This document shows positions 10,131-19,484 of a DNA stretch of 64,000 nt, in pieces. Positions within the stretch are counted from its first letter, which is position 1, and each line of letters begins with the position of its first letter. The notes under the pieces are model-generated. The model was not told where the DNA came from, did not search any database, and was given only the letters and a program-made list of their open reading frames with translations. The stretch comes from a virus (lineage: Duplodnaviria > Heunggongvirae > Uroviricota > Caudoviricetes): positions 317,489-381,488 of the IMG/VR virus record IMGVR_UViG_3300028914_000001; one strand, written 5' to 3'. Both the position numbers and the translations under genes were made by a program.

Positions 10131-10517
10131 ATGAATTACAACTACAAAAAGAACATTGACAAGCAAATCATAAAGCTTCGCTTTGTTCATTCATACAAGG
10201 AGTATTATTCCTTGCAGTTCAAAACTACTGGATGGTTTGCCAAGTGGATTACCGTAGAAGAATACAATCCTACGATAAGCGCTGCCGATAAACCATGCGG
10301 AATAACATCGTATGGCAACTGGGAAAATCGTTGGTGGAAAATCGAATCTAACGAGTACGGGAAGAAACTTCTGGACGAACTTAGGGCCAAGCTGAAAACA
10401 GTCGGCGACATTTACAGTACCTATATCGAGCCTGAAGAAAAACGCATGGCAGCCGACTATAAAAGATACGAGGAGTACTGGGATAAAATAAATTCAGTTA
10501 GCGCTATTATCAAATAG
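10131..10517 (+). CDS. hypothetical protein
   Basis: ORF with RBS. Confidence 0.6.
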   Translation: MNYNYKKNIDKQIIKLRFVHSYKEYYSLQFKTTGWFAKWITVEEYNPTISAADKPCGITSYGNWENRWWKIESNEYGKKLLDELRAKLKTVGDIYSTYIEPEEKRMAADYKRYEEYWDKINSVSAIIK

Positions 10518-10520
10518 TGG

Positions 10521-10549
10521 TTGACAACCTTTTCGTATTTATCTATATT
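10521..10549 (+). promoter_or_regulatory. sigma70-type promoter for nadE operon
   Basis: TTGACA-N17-TATATT. Confidence 0.8.
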
Positions 10550-10580
10550 TCCATTGAAAATATCAAAAACGAGGTATGAT

Positions 10581-11405
10581 ATGAATATGGCCGATACGGC
10601 GTATAAGAAACTCTTTGATGTTGCTAAAGAGTGCGACTTGATGAAAGCTCACATGTTTAAATGGTTTGCCGAACACGGGTTTACCAAGGCTGTCGTCGGG
10701 GTTTCTGGCGGGGCTGACTCGACCGTTACTTGCAAGGTTGCTTGCGACGTGCTTGGCCCAAAGAATGTGTACGCAGTGAAGATGCCGAACGGAGTCCAGG
10801 CTGACATCGCCGACTCCAACAGTGTCGTTGAATTTTGCGACTGCAATGAATCCACGATTAACATTTCCGATGCGTTCAAGGGCTTGAACGAACAGTTCAT
10901 CAAGAGCGGTTTCGAACTCAACAGTGTCTACTCGACGAACACTCCCGCACGCCTCCGTATGGCTACTCTCTATGGTGTTTCCGCCATTGTAGGTGGCGTT
11001 GTCCTCAATACCTGCAACCTTTCCGAAGACTGTGCATGGGGCAACTTCTCCACGCTCTATGGTGACAACGCTGGTTCCTATGCATGTCTCCAGGGCTTTA
11101 CCAAGACCGAAGTGCGTATGCTTGGCGAATATCTCGGCATCCCGAGCAAACTCGTGTGGAAGACTCCTAGCGACGGCATGTGCGGCAAGTCCGACGAAGC
11201 TAGAATTGCCGAACTGTCTGGGGTGAGCAAATTTACTTATGCCGAGTTCGACAAGTTCATCCGTGGATTGGAAACCTCTTTCAGCCGTAGCGACATGCAG
11301 CGTCTCATCTGGGGTTACAAGAAGGGCACGTTCAAGAATGAACTCGTGAACATCCCGCATTATACTCCCAAGCTTCCCAACGTATTTATCGACAACAAGT
11401 GGTAA
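10581..11405 (+). CDS. nadE: NH3-dependent NAD+ synthetase
   Basis: GVSGGADS PP-loop, ARLRM, NLSE, TLYGD, TKTEV, PSDG; no glutaminase domain; GAGG RBS before ATG 10581. Confidence 0.93.
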   Translation: MNMADTAYKKLFDVAKECDLMKAHMFKWFAEHGFTKAVVGVSGGADSTVTCKVACDVLGPKNVYAVKMPNGVQADIADSNSVVEFCDCNESTINISDAFKGLNEQFIKSGFELNSVYSTNTPARLRMATLYGVSAIVGGVVLNTCNLSEDCAWGNFSTLYGDNAGSYACLQGFTKTEVRMLGEYLGIPSKLVWKTPSDGMCGKSDEARIAELSGVSKFTYAEFDKFIRGLETSFSRSDMQRLIWGYKKGTFKNELVNIPHYTPKLPNVFIDNKW

Positions 11406-11408
11406 ATC

Positions 11409-11861
11409 ATGAGCAGTCTTTATGTAGGAGAGATATCTCTCGACACGTTCAAGGAGGTGTGCGAACGCCACCATCTTGAAACCGAGACGCCATCAGAAGA
11501 CGGAATGGGGTTGTTCTGTGCTGTCCTCAACGTGACGGAAGACGTGTTCATGCTTATCACGTACTCGGACGAGGCCGATGGCCGCAAGTACGTGAGCCTG
11601 TTCGCATCTAACCGCAAGACGGGTTCCACGCAGAAGATAAGTCACGTCCCTGCGTACCACAACAACCTCATCAGCGCAATCAGGACGGCAAACCGTTTTT
11701 ACGACGACACCAAGGCAAGGGGGCTTGCAGTAGTCCCCCGCAAAATAAAGAAGGATGACAATGAAGGTAATGGTAACGGGCCACAGGCCAGAGAGAATAA
11801 CGGGCAGGGAACAGGAAATCAAGGAATGGCTGACGAAGAAGGTCGAGGAACTGAAACCTAG
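11409..11861 (+). CDS. hypothetical protein
   Basis: ORF after nadE; 3' end overlaps next gene. Confidence 0.55.
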   Translation: MSSLYVGEISLDTFKEVCERHHLETETPSEDGMGLFCAVLNVTEDVFMLITYSDEADGRKYVSLFASNRKTGSTQKISHVPAYHNNLISAIRTANRFYDDTKARGLAVVPRKIKKDDNEGNGNGPQARENNGQGTGNQGMADEEGRGTET

Positions 11862-12255
11862 CGACTGCATCTCCGGGATGGCCCAGGGTGCCGACCAGAT
11901 TTATGCGGAGGTCGCTTATGAAAAGGGTATTCCTCTTATTTGTGCTTGGCCTTATGAGCGCAAGCTTCATCCTGTTGAGCAGAAGTATCACGACTATGCG
12001 GAAGTGAACCATGTTGCCTTCCACAAGTTCCAGCCAAGCTGCTATGCCACCCGTGACAAGTGGATGGTGGACAACTGCGACATCGTCCTTGCCGTATGGG
12101 ACGGAAACCCTGTCGGCGGCACTTACGACACGATTGAGTACGCCAAGCAGAAGCACAAGCACATCTACCTCTTCCCTTGGACTGCGGAATCAATCACTGA
12201 GATTATCCCGATGAACCCTCCGCAGAAAACACCCGACGGTTGGACCCTCTACTAG
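11761..12255 (+). CDS. SLOG-superfamily (YspA-like) protein
   Basis: VTGHRP, ISGMAQGAD, RDKWMVDNCD, VWDG..GGT. Confidence 0.85.
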   Translation: MKVMVTGHRPERITGREQEIKEWLTKKVEELKPSDCISGMAQGADQIYAEVAYEKGIPLICAWPYERKLHPVEQKYHDYAEVNHVAFHKFQPSCYATRDKWMVDNCDIVLAVWDGNPVGGTYDTIEYAKQKHKHIYLFPWTAESITEIIPMNPPQKTPDGWTLY

Positions 12256-12264
12256 GAGCGAAAC

Positions 12265-12474
12265 ATGTCCAAGTTCAGCAAGAAGGAAAGGGCCAACATC
12301 GCCAGAGTCCGCAAGGAAATGAAGCAGACTCGGGAATACAAGGATTTGCTCGTGTTGAAGGAAAAGTTCAACCGAAAGGAAATAACCGAAACCGAGTATA
12401 TCGAAGAAATGGGGAAACTCCTGAAAGGAATCCAGGAAGCCCCGCAACCAATAAATCTTAAAACATCAACTTAA
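12265..12474 (+). CDS. hypothetical protein
   Basis: AGGAG RBS. Confidence 0.55.
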   Translation: MSKFSKKERANIARVRKEMKQTREYKDLLVLKEKFNRKEITETEYIEEMGKLLKGIQEAPQPINLKTST

Positions 12475-12484
12475 TGGAGTAACC

Positions 12485-12955
12485 ATGAACAACCTCAGTC
12501 AACTCGAACAGGCAATCGCCATCCCCACCGCTATCGTAGCCGACCTCAACAAGGCGAAGGAATATATCGACGCCGACAAGAAGGATGAAGCAAAGCAGCT
12601 TATCGACAAGGTGGCAAAATTCATGCAGTCGCAGGCCGACATGGCAAAGCAGCAGTATGACGCAATCATGAAGAAGCACGAAGAGGCGATGGAAGTCATG
12701 AAGAAGGACAAGCACGTTGACATCAATGACCCGTTCATCATGATGCTCAATGAAAGCACCTACACTTTCAAGCGCAAGGAATGGGATGCTGGCATCCGCT
12801 ACATCCGTGACCAGGACAAGAAGACTGTCTGCCGTGCCCGCAACGTCGGTGGCCTCCTCACCGATATTGAAAAGACTGACCTCCAAGACCCGTTCGCTAG
12901 CCTCCAGATGCAGGCTCCCGCACAGCAGGCAGCAAGCCCAATCATCAAGGGTTAG
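12485..12955 (+). CDS. hypothetical helical protein
   Basis: GGAG RBS, strong codon bias. Confidence 0.7.
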   Translation: MNNLSQLEQAIAIPTAIVADLNKAKEYIDADKKDEAKQLIDKVAKFMQSQADMAKQQYDAIMKKHEEAMEVMKKDKHVDINDPFIMMLNESTYTFKRKEWDAGIRYIRDQDKKTVCRARNVGGLLTDIEKTDLQDPFASLQMQAPAQQAASPIIKG

Positions 12956-12958
12956 TCC

Positions 12959-13216
12959 ATGACCAAGAACGAGTTCGTAAAGGCTTGCGAAAAGGTCGGA
13001 TGCACAGTTTCCGAAGGGAGGGTGATGCTCGGGGATATCCAACTCGGCTACTACTGGAACGACAGTTTCGATATAGTGGCCGACCCCAAGATTTTCAACC
13101 TTAGGGCAACCTGGAAGTACACCCAAGTCGACCTCAACACTTTCAAGGTTCTCCTTAAAGACGTGGTCGACGGAATCAAGAAATCAAAGGAAGTCAAAGA
13201 TGCTTCGAGAAATTAA
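12959..13216 (+). CDS. hypothetical protein
   Basis: ORF in operon. Confidence 0.6.
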   Translation: MTKNEFVKACEKVGCTVSEGRVMLGDIQLGYYWNDSFDIVADPKIFNLRATWKYTQVDLNTFKVLLKDVVDGIKKSKEVKDASRN

Positions 13217-13481
13217 CAAAGACTATGTCAACCTCAATCTAGTCGAGGTTGTGCGCCCGATTGAAACTGACAAGATAGTGACAGGCTACCAAATCATTTT
13301 GATATCGGGACGCAATTACACGGTAAGCAAGAAAGTAGGAGATTCTATCCGTCTCGCAATGAATGCCAGCAGTACCACGGTAGTAGGAAACGCTGCCAAG
13401 AAGAAATCAGATAAAAGCCTTCAGGAAGTCCTCCAAATGGCAAAAGCTGTTAACAACCCGTTGAAAGGTAAGTTGAAATGA
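13200..13481 (+). CDS. hypothetical protein
   Basis: ORF in operon. Confidence 0.6.
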   Translation: MLREINKDYVNLNLVEVVRPIETDKIVTGYQIILISGRNYTVSKKVGDSIRLAMNASSTTVVGNAAKKKSDKSLQEVLQMAKAVNNPLKGKLK

Positions 13482-14104
13482 GTGATTGGCTTAACAACAT
13501 CAAGGCGTTCGGTGACACTAAGCTGGAACTCCGTGCAGTAACCTTGTTCGAGGAGTTCAAGAAGGTTGTCATCAAGGCTGGGGTTGAAAATCCAGACGAG
13601 TATGCGGAAAACATGTTCGACCGCATTATGCACATCTTCAAGACCACCGAAAGGACATACTGCGTCGGTCCGCATGACGGCGTAATCGACTCGTTCTTCG
13701 GGCCGTACCGATTCCTTAGCAACTTCGAACCGTGTACCGTGGAATACGAGGGGATGACCTACAACTGTTCCGAAGCTGCATACCAGGCAGCTAAGACGAC
13801 GGATGTTTCCCTCCGTATCGCCTTCGCTACGATGAACGGTTCCAAGGCGAAGTTTGCTGGCCAGAAACTCCCGATTCGAGCAGACTGGAACGATGTCAAG
13901 GTCGATGTTATGTACCAAATCGTGAAGGACAAGTTCTCCCGCAATCCAGAGTTGAAAGAGAAGCTCCTCAGTACGGGAACTCTCCAGCTCATAGAGGGCA
14001 ACTACTGGGGCGACAAGTTCTGGGGTATCTGCAACGGGGAAGGCGAAAACCATCTCGGCAAGATTCTCATGAGGGTCCGCAGGGAACTGTCCAAACAAAT
14101 TTAG
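13478..14104 (+). CDS. NADAR (YbiA-like) domain protein with N-terminal extension
   Basis: FLSNF, SEAAYQAAK, KFSRNPELKEKLLSTG, WGDKFWG, GENHLGKILMRVR. Confidence 0.92.
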   Translation: MSDWLNNIKAFGDTKLELRAVTLFEEFKKVVIKAGVENPDEYAENMFDRIMHIFKTTERTYCVGPHDGVIDSFFGPYRFLSNFEPCTVEYEGMTYNCSEAAYQAAKTTDVSLRIAFATMNGSKAKFAGQKLPIRADWNDVKVDVMYQIVKDKFSRNPELKEKLLSTGTLQLIEGNYWGDKFWGICNGEGENHLGKILMRVRRELSKQI

Positions 14105-14116
14105 TTGGAGAATGTT

Positions 14117-14380
14117 ATGACCTACATTTATTGGGAAGATGAATTCAAATGGGGCATGTACGGCGCCCATGGCAAGGATGGAACACCAGGAACTGGAATC
14201 CTCGTTAATCCGACCGCTCCGTTCAAGGGCGTATGCCAGCGTTGCGGTAAGCTAACCAAGGTTCGCCACTATCCGTATTCCCCCGCAGATAACAGCTTCG
14301 GCGTATATTGTGAACGCTGCATGAAGGTAATCGACGAGGAAATGTCGGCCCCAGACGAGTTTCCAGAAGAAGAACTTTAA
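14117..14380 (+). CDS. Zn-ribbon hypothetical protein
   Basis: CQRC..CERC. Confidence 0.55.
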   Translation: MTYIYWEDEFKWGMYGAHGKDGTPGTGILVNPTAPFKGVCQRCGKLTKVRHYPYSPADNSFGVYCERCMKVIDEEMSAPDEFPEEEL

Positions 14381-14401
14381 CCATCAACAAGGAGAAATAC
14401 C

Positions 14402-14611
14402 ATGGCAAAGGAATTTGAAGTTACATACACGGTCAAGCGTAAGTTTACCATCCCCGATACGGCAACGGATGAAGAATACGATGCCATGAAGGATATGGTG
14501 GTCGCTGCCATTGCTAAGGACGGTGTCCAGGGTGATATCAAGGTAAAGCTCACCGATGCGCCTGACGAAATCAGGCAGAAGTACATCATCAACAAGGACT
14601 GTCAGGATTAA
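14402..14611 (+). CDS. hypothetical protein
   Basis: AGGAG RBS. Confidence 0.6.
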   Translation: MAKEFEVTYTVKRKFTIPDTATDEEYDAMKDMVVAAIAKDGVQGDIKVKLTDAPDEIRQKYIINKDCQD

Positions 14612-14631
14612 CTCTAAAAGGAAATATCTTT

Positions 14632-15270
14632 ATGGGAAAGCTACCCTACAGTAAAAAAGAAATCGAGGGAAGAATCGCCTCGTTCAGGTCCAATTTTGAA
14701 AAGATGTACAGGATTTTGTACGAGACGCAGTTTGTTCCTCCTAATAGTCACTCAAGGGACATGTTGTATGATGCGTTGGACCATGTGGAACGCTGGCTTC
14801 AATGGCATGCGAACGAGTTTGAACGTGAAGATATCTTCAATGGAATCCGTAAAGCAATCAAGCGAGATGCTGAAAAATTTGGGTTTCCCGCCTATGTTAA
14901 CAAGACTACATTTTGTGCATTACTGTACATTGATGAGCTTTCCTCCAAGTTGATTGACGGAACATACCACCTTGTTCCTATTCCTACAACATATGAAGAA
15001 TTTCGTTGGTGTACTGGATATGAACCCGAGGATGGCATGGTATGTTTCAAGCTTGTTGTCAAAGACAATGACGGCAATCAGGTTGGCAATTATTCTTGGA
15101 CGGAATGCCACAACAAGGAAAAGGCTGCAGAATGTAGGGAACCTTGGATGATAATCAAGGATTGCCCGCCTAGTCGGAAACGCAATCTCCCGCCTACCGA
15201 TGACATAAAGCCAGGAGATAAATTTTCTGACTATGACAAACGGAAGCCGAATTATACTGACCTGTTCTAA
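14632..15270 (+). CDS. hypothetical protein
   Basis: AAGGA RBS; followed by terminator. Confidence 0.65.
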   Translation: MGKLPYSKKEIEGRIASFRSNFEKMYRILYETQFVPPNSHSRDMLYDALDHVERWLQWHANEFEREDIFNGIRKAIKRDAEKFGFPAYVNKTTFCALLYIDELSSKLIDGTYHLVPIPTTYEEFRWCTGYEPEDGMVCFKLVVKDNDGNQVGNYSWTECHNKEKAAECREPWMIIKDCPPSRKRNLPPTDDIKPGDKFSDYDKRKPNYTDLF

Positions 15271-15292
15271 AATACTGCTTTTGTAAATCTTT

Positions 15293-15325
15293 AATCCGCA
15301 TCACTCCGATGCGGGTTTTCTTTTT
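15293..15325 (+). terminator. intrinsic terminator
   Basis: AATCCGCATC-ACTCC-GATGCGGGTT then T-run. Confidence 0.75.
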
Positions 15326-15339
15326 ATTTCTTGACCCCC

Positions 15340-15368
15340 TTGCAGCGACGGGAAAAATTATGTATATT
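15340..15368 (+). promoter_or_regulatory. sigma70-type promoter
   Basis: TTGCAG-N17-TATATT. Confidence 0.6.
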
Positions 15369-15400
15369 TCATAAAAAATCTTTATAAAGGAGCGTTCGAA

Positions 15401-15814
15401 ATGAGAATCGTTAAAGTCTGTGCCGAAGTCCGCTACAAGCAGGATGCACATATCAAAACACCAGAGATGGATGGCTTCTACGAGGATTCCAACGGGGAGA
15501 TGCCGTGCATGGAAGGCTCCTGCTGGCGCCCCGAAATCGACGTAGACCGTGGCGTCATCCTCAACTGGACTCCCGGTACGGAAGCCCGGTTGAATTACAA
15601 GGTATGTGACTGCTTCTCGGCGGACGTCTTGGATGACGGCAATGTTATCGCCAATGTTGAGAACGAGTATGTCCCGAGCTTCATGAGCCCGAGAGAAGAA
15701 GGCTACGGCGACTACATCTGCATGAACATCAAGGCTGATGGAACCATCGAAGACTGGAACAAGTTGTCGTTCGACAAGTGGCTTAAACGTATTGGCAAGG
15801 ATGAGGATGAATAA
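15401..15814 (+). CDS. conserved phage hypothetical protein
   Basis: YKVCD, YVP..GYGDYI motifs. Confidence 0.7.
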   Translation: MRIVKVCAEVRYKQDAHIKTPEMDGFYEDSNGEMPCMEGSCWRPEIDVDRGVILNWTPGTEARLNYKVCDCFSADVLDDGNVIANVENEYVPSFMSPREEGYGDYICMNIKADGTIEDWNKLSFDKWLKRIGKDEDE

Positions 15815-16266
15815 TGTCGCTTGATATCATACTTAAATGGGGAAAGGGCCGTGGCCGGAAGTCCGACAGCCGCAACATCACCCACAATGCGGGCAAGATT
15901 GCACAGCATGTCGTTCTCTATGATTTTCAGGGCGAAGGCGAGGTTACACTCTATGACGTGCTGTGGAATCATGCCGACAAGAAAATGAAAGCGAGGGAAC
16001 TCATCGAGGACCTCAGCAACGGGTTACGCCTTCTTTCCGAAAATGCCAAGCGTCTGAAACGGTACGAGACTATCGTCAAGAAGGAACCCGAGATTATTAA
16101 CGGAAAGGTTACAATCAAGGAACTCCCTCAGTCCAAGTGGTACAAGTGGGGCAGCCTTGAAGAGACTGACCAGTACGGGAGAAGGTTCGGCTTAATCCCG
16201 TTCGTTGAAGACATCCTGCTTCTCTGCATCAAACATCCCGAAGCCGACGTTGAATGGAGCCGCTAA
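15814..16266 (+). CDS. hypothetical protein
   Basis: Coupled ORF. Confidence 0.65.
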   Translation: MSLDIILKWGKGRGRKSDSRNITHNAGKIAQHVVLYDFQGEGEVTLYDVLWNHADKKMKARELIEDLSNGLRLLSENAKRLKRYETIVKKEPEIINGKVTIKELPQSKWYKWGSLEETDQYGRRFGLIPFVEDILLLCIKHPEADVEWSR

Positions 16267-16267
16267 C

Positions 16268-16777
16268 ATGATTACTATAGAATATTTCAAGAAGGTCTGC
16301 AAAGACACCCTCGGGGAAAATAACTGCCGTTTCGAATATGTCAAGGACCCGCCTGATGGGGACATCTATATTGTTTCCGTTCAGTGCTGGTACAAGGACG
16401 AAAACACGCAGTTTCTCCGTGAAGAACGCAAGGTTGCTTCCATCTTCGTATACGAGGACGGTTCGTCTCTTGTTTGTGTCAAGCCGTATGGCAAGCACGA
16501 TTCGTATGGAACCGAATGGCGTTTCAAGTTCAAGCGTCTCATGAAGAAGCATACACTCGTGTATCGCAAGTACGACAGGCTTATGGAAGAGATGGCGATG
16601 GACTTCAAGAACATCTTTGCCAACACGGAAGAAAGCATCTATTTCCTCTTCAAGACGATTTATGGAACCGAATGGGGGCCAGCTGCCTATCAGATGGCGT
16701 CGAACCTGCTCGAAACGATGCGCTTGCGTGACAGGAAAGCAACAATAGAAGGAGGCGACAATGCGCAATCTACCTAA
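16268..16777 (+). CDS. hypothetical protein
   Basis: ATG 16268 right after previous stop. Confidence 0.6.
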   Translation: MITIEYFKKVCKDTLGENNCRFEYVKDPPDGDIYIVSVQCWYKDENTQFLREERKVASIFVYEDGSSLVCVKPYGKHDSYGTEWRFKFKRLMKKHTLVYRKYDRLMEEMAMDFKNIFANTEESIYFLFKTIYGTEWGPAAYQMASNLLETMRLRDRKATIEGGDNAQST

Positions 16778-17246
16778 ATTCTATTACAGAGACCTCAAAG
16801 TCCGTGGAACCTGCTACCAGGCGTTGCCTGAAGTCGACCTCTTCGTCCGCAAGTATGTTGGAAGGGATGGATTCGAACGTGAAAAGTGGGTACGCCGACA
16901 TCCGAAGACTGATGCCAAGTGGCGTTACCACCACATGGTAGAAGATGTTTTGACAACGGGAGGGGCGCCGACCCATCCTCTCATGATGAGACGCTATTTC
17001 TTCAAGCGCTGGTTCACTACCATGCAGAGTGAGTTCTGGCATCACTTCCTAACTGAGTTCAAGCTAGGTATTTTGAAAGAGCTGATGCGTATGGTAAACC
17101 AATATGTGAATACGGGTAAGGTAGGCGATACGATGGCTCAAAAGGGAACCAAACTCGATACCGTATTTTCTGTCTTTATGCACTCAGCACAGAACGTTGC
17201 CTTAAAGAAAATGAAAAAGAACGTAGATTCAATTCCAGTTGTGTAG
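16761..17246 (+). CDS. hypothetical protein
   Basis: GGAGG RBS. Confidence 0.6.
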   Translation: MRNLPKFYYRDLKVRGTCYQALPEVDLFVRKYVGRDGFEREKWVRRHPKTDAKWRYHHMVEDVLTTGGAPTHPLMMRRYFFKRWFTTMQSEFWHHFLTEFKLGILKELMRMVNQYVNTGKVGDTMAQKGTKLDTVFSVFMHSAQNVALKKMKKNVDSIPVV

Positions 17247-17281
17247 AAGCTCACCGTAATCGAATACCGCAAGGACTCTAA

Positions 17282-17893
17282 ATGAAAATCTATTTCGTTA
17301 GACACGCCCCCACTTCCGCAAACAGTACTGGCACGATGGCTGTCGGCTACGAGAATGCCGACATCACGCTACTGGACAAGCCGGACGACTGGGAAGATAC
17401 TGTTGGTTGTCACATCCCCGCAGAAGCCCGCAGGGTTATCCTCAGTTCTCCTACGAAGCGCTGCGTCAGCACCGCAAAGATGCTGTTTGACACATATCCG
17501 ACCGAGCTGACCGAACTTCTCGGTGAGTTCGACTGCAAGGCGCTCGGGAAGCTTAAATTCTGGGAGATATCCGAGACGGAGTTCACCCAGAAGGTGTTCC
17601 TGCCCGCAGCCACTATGGAAAGCCGTGCGAGGGCCATCCTGAGAGAACTCGTGAACAATGTACGGCACGAGGAACAGGTGGATTCTTTTGTCGCCATATC
17701 CCACGGTATGGTGATACGCTACCTGTACCATTTTCTGAACGGCAACCCAGGCATTTCCGCCTACAAAGTAATCAACTCGGTCGGATTCCGCTTTTCAAAC
17801 CTCGACCTGCTCGTGGTTGACACCGACAAGATGAAAACCGAGGATTACCACTGGAATAAGCCCATCGACCATGCCGGGGTAGTTGAACACTGA
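17282..17893 (+). CDS. histidine phosphatase superfamily protein
   Basis: FVRHA, SSPTKRCVSTA, ISHG. Confidence 0.85.
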   Translation: MKIYFVRHAPTSANSTGTMAVGYENADITLLDKPDDWEDTVGCHIPAEARRVILSSPTKRCVSTAKMLFDTYPTELTELLGEFDCKALGKLKFWEISETEFTQKVFLPAATMESRARAILRELVNNVRHEEQVDSFVAISHGMVIRYLYHFLNGNPGISAYKVINSVGFRFSNLDLLVVDTDKMKTEDYHWNKPIDHAGVVEH

Positions 17894-17906
17894 AAATGGA
17901 GGCAAT

Positions 17907-18125
17907 ATGGCCGCAACTGTATTTTGGATAGTGTTGGGCATTGCTGGCGTTACTGGTATCGTCTGCGGCACCATGGTCACTATCAAAAAACTATCTTTCC
18001 GTTGCAAGCATCAATGGAAAACAGTCAAAGAAATCGACATTGTTGCTCAGGGCTCCGTAATCGGCTACCGCTATATCCAGCAGTGTGTACATTGCGGGGC
18101 AATCCAGCATGTCGATTGCGACTAA
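17907..18125 (+). CDS. small membrane/Zn-binding protein
   Basis: N-terminal TM, CKH..CVHC. Confidence 0.55.
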   Translation: MAATVFWIVLGIAGVTGIVCGTMVTIKKLSFRCKHQWKTVKEIDIVAQGSVIGYRYIQQCVHCGAIQHVDCD

Positions 18126-18136
18126 CGGAGGTAAGA

Positions 18137-18439
18137 ATGAGTAACTACAAAACTACGCTCGAAATCGTCGGCCAGCCAAACCGCAACGGTCGCATATACT
18201 CTGACGAGCTTCTTGCAAAGTACAACGAGTCCTGCCCGAAGGAAATGCGTTACGGCGACAGGGTGGTTGGCCACCTGGACCATGTGTCCTATGATGGAGA
18301 ACGCTACATTGCCGCAATGACCCTCAACGAGAACATCGGAAATCCGCCAATAGGCATCCGAGGCGTTGCCGACATCTCCGAAGACGGAGAATGCCGTGCA
18401 TTGAGCATCGAGTCGATAGATTTTATCAAGGAGAGGTAA
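18137..18439 (+). CDS. short, degenerate prohead-protease (T4 gp21)-like protein
   Basis: NRNGRIY, GHLDH, IGIRG (SSRG equivalent without Ser); GGAGG RBS. Confidence 0.55.
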   Translation: MSNYKTTLEIVGQPNRNGRIYSDELLAKYNESCPKEMRYGDRVVGHLDHVSYDGERYIAAMTLNENIGNPPIGIRGVADISEDGECRALSIESIDFIKER

Positions 18440-18440
18440 C

Positions 18441-18698
18441 ATGGTGCATACCCCAGAAGAAGAGAAACTTTTAAAATACTGTGAAGCCAACAAGATTGAT
18501 TTTGACGGAGGGTTTCACCGTTCGATGGTAATCCTTGCAGAAGACTGCTTCAATGAAATGAAGAAGCTGGGTGACAAGGCGAAAGTCCGTGATATACACA
18601 AGTATCTCGCAGCTGTCCATCTTGTGACCGTCGAACGGATGGAAGCGGGTTTTAGGAAACATCTCGCCGAACTGGAACGATTGAACAAGGACTCCTAA
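18441..18698 (+). CDS. hypothetical protein
   Basis: GAGG RBS. Confidence 0.6.
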   Translation: MVHTPEEEKLLKYCEANKIDFDGGFHRSMVILAEDCFNEMKKLGDKAKVRDIHKYLAAVHLVTVERMEAGFRKHLAELERLNKDS

Positions 18699-18712
18699 TT
18701 GGAGGAAACCTC

Positions 18713-19474
18713 ATGAAAGATGACGACGATTATGTATTGGATGAAACCGTCCAGATGTTCTGGCCCGTTTGTATTGAACCCTTAGATGAAGACAAGTGGT
18801 TCGACGATGACTACGACGGCCCTACCTACGATACCCCCGATGAACAGATTCCGCTGCTTCCTGACCTGTTCGACAAATTCTCGACTTCGTGGCAGTCGAT
18901 GCACAGCCCGTATGCCCCCGAGGATATCCCTAAGGGAGTGAAGGTGCATGGCATATTCTTCACGTTCGATAAGGAGCTTGGCGTGTGCGTATGTGCGAAC
19001 TACAAGTTCTCGTACAAGCTTCTCCGTAGTTCGGAAGGGTTCAAGAAGGTAATCAAGAAGCTCGCCGAGGACATTGAAACGGGTTTCGACTCGTGGCTGA
19101 ATACCCATTTCACATTCACGCATGAGGGCAAACGGTTCGACGTAACATCTGGACCATCTGCAAAGCGTATCGTGGCCCCAGTGGAATGCCATGACCAGCT
19201 GTACTTCAAGTGGGACGATGTCGATGATGTAGGCGACGTGGAGATGGCCCTTTCCCACGATAACGACTGTTTCAACATCATCTGGCGACCGAAGGAACAC
19301 AAGAAGACTCTCGACAGGGTTAAGAGGCGTCTCGAAACATTCACTAAACTAGCGGTCGCCCGTGGTGTAAATCCCGACGAGGAGTATTGCATCATCGAGG
19401 ACAAGAAGACCCTCGAAGCTTTCAAGTTCGTCAAGCAGCACAAGAAACAGTATTTTTTCGGACATTTCCATTAA
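18713..19474 (+). CDS. hypothetical protein
   Basis: GGAGG RBS. Confidence 0.7.
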   Translation: MKDDDDYVLDETVQMFWPVCIEPLDEDKWFDDDYDGPTYDTPDEQIPLLPDLFDKFSTSWQSMHSPYAPEDIPKGVKVHGIFFTFDKELGVCVCANYKFSYKLLRSSEGFKKVIKKLAEDIETGFDSWLNTHFTFTHEGKRFDVTSGPSAKRIVAPVECHDQLYFKWDDVDDVGDVEMALSHDNDCFNIIWRPKEHKKTLDRVKRRLETFTKLAVARGVNPDEEYCIIEDKKTLEAFKFVKQHKKQYFFGHFH

Positions 19475-19484
19475 CGGAGTAAAC

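Noticed and set aside
10521-10580. ORF-track N-terminal extensions starting at TTG/GTG (nadE, 37524, 37826, 59442)
   Set aside because: These starts fall inside promoter boxes; downstream ATGs are better supported.
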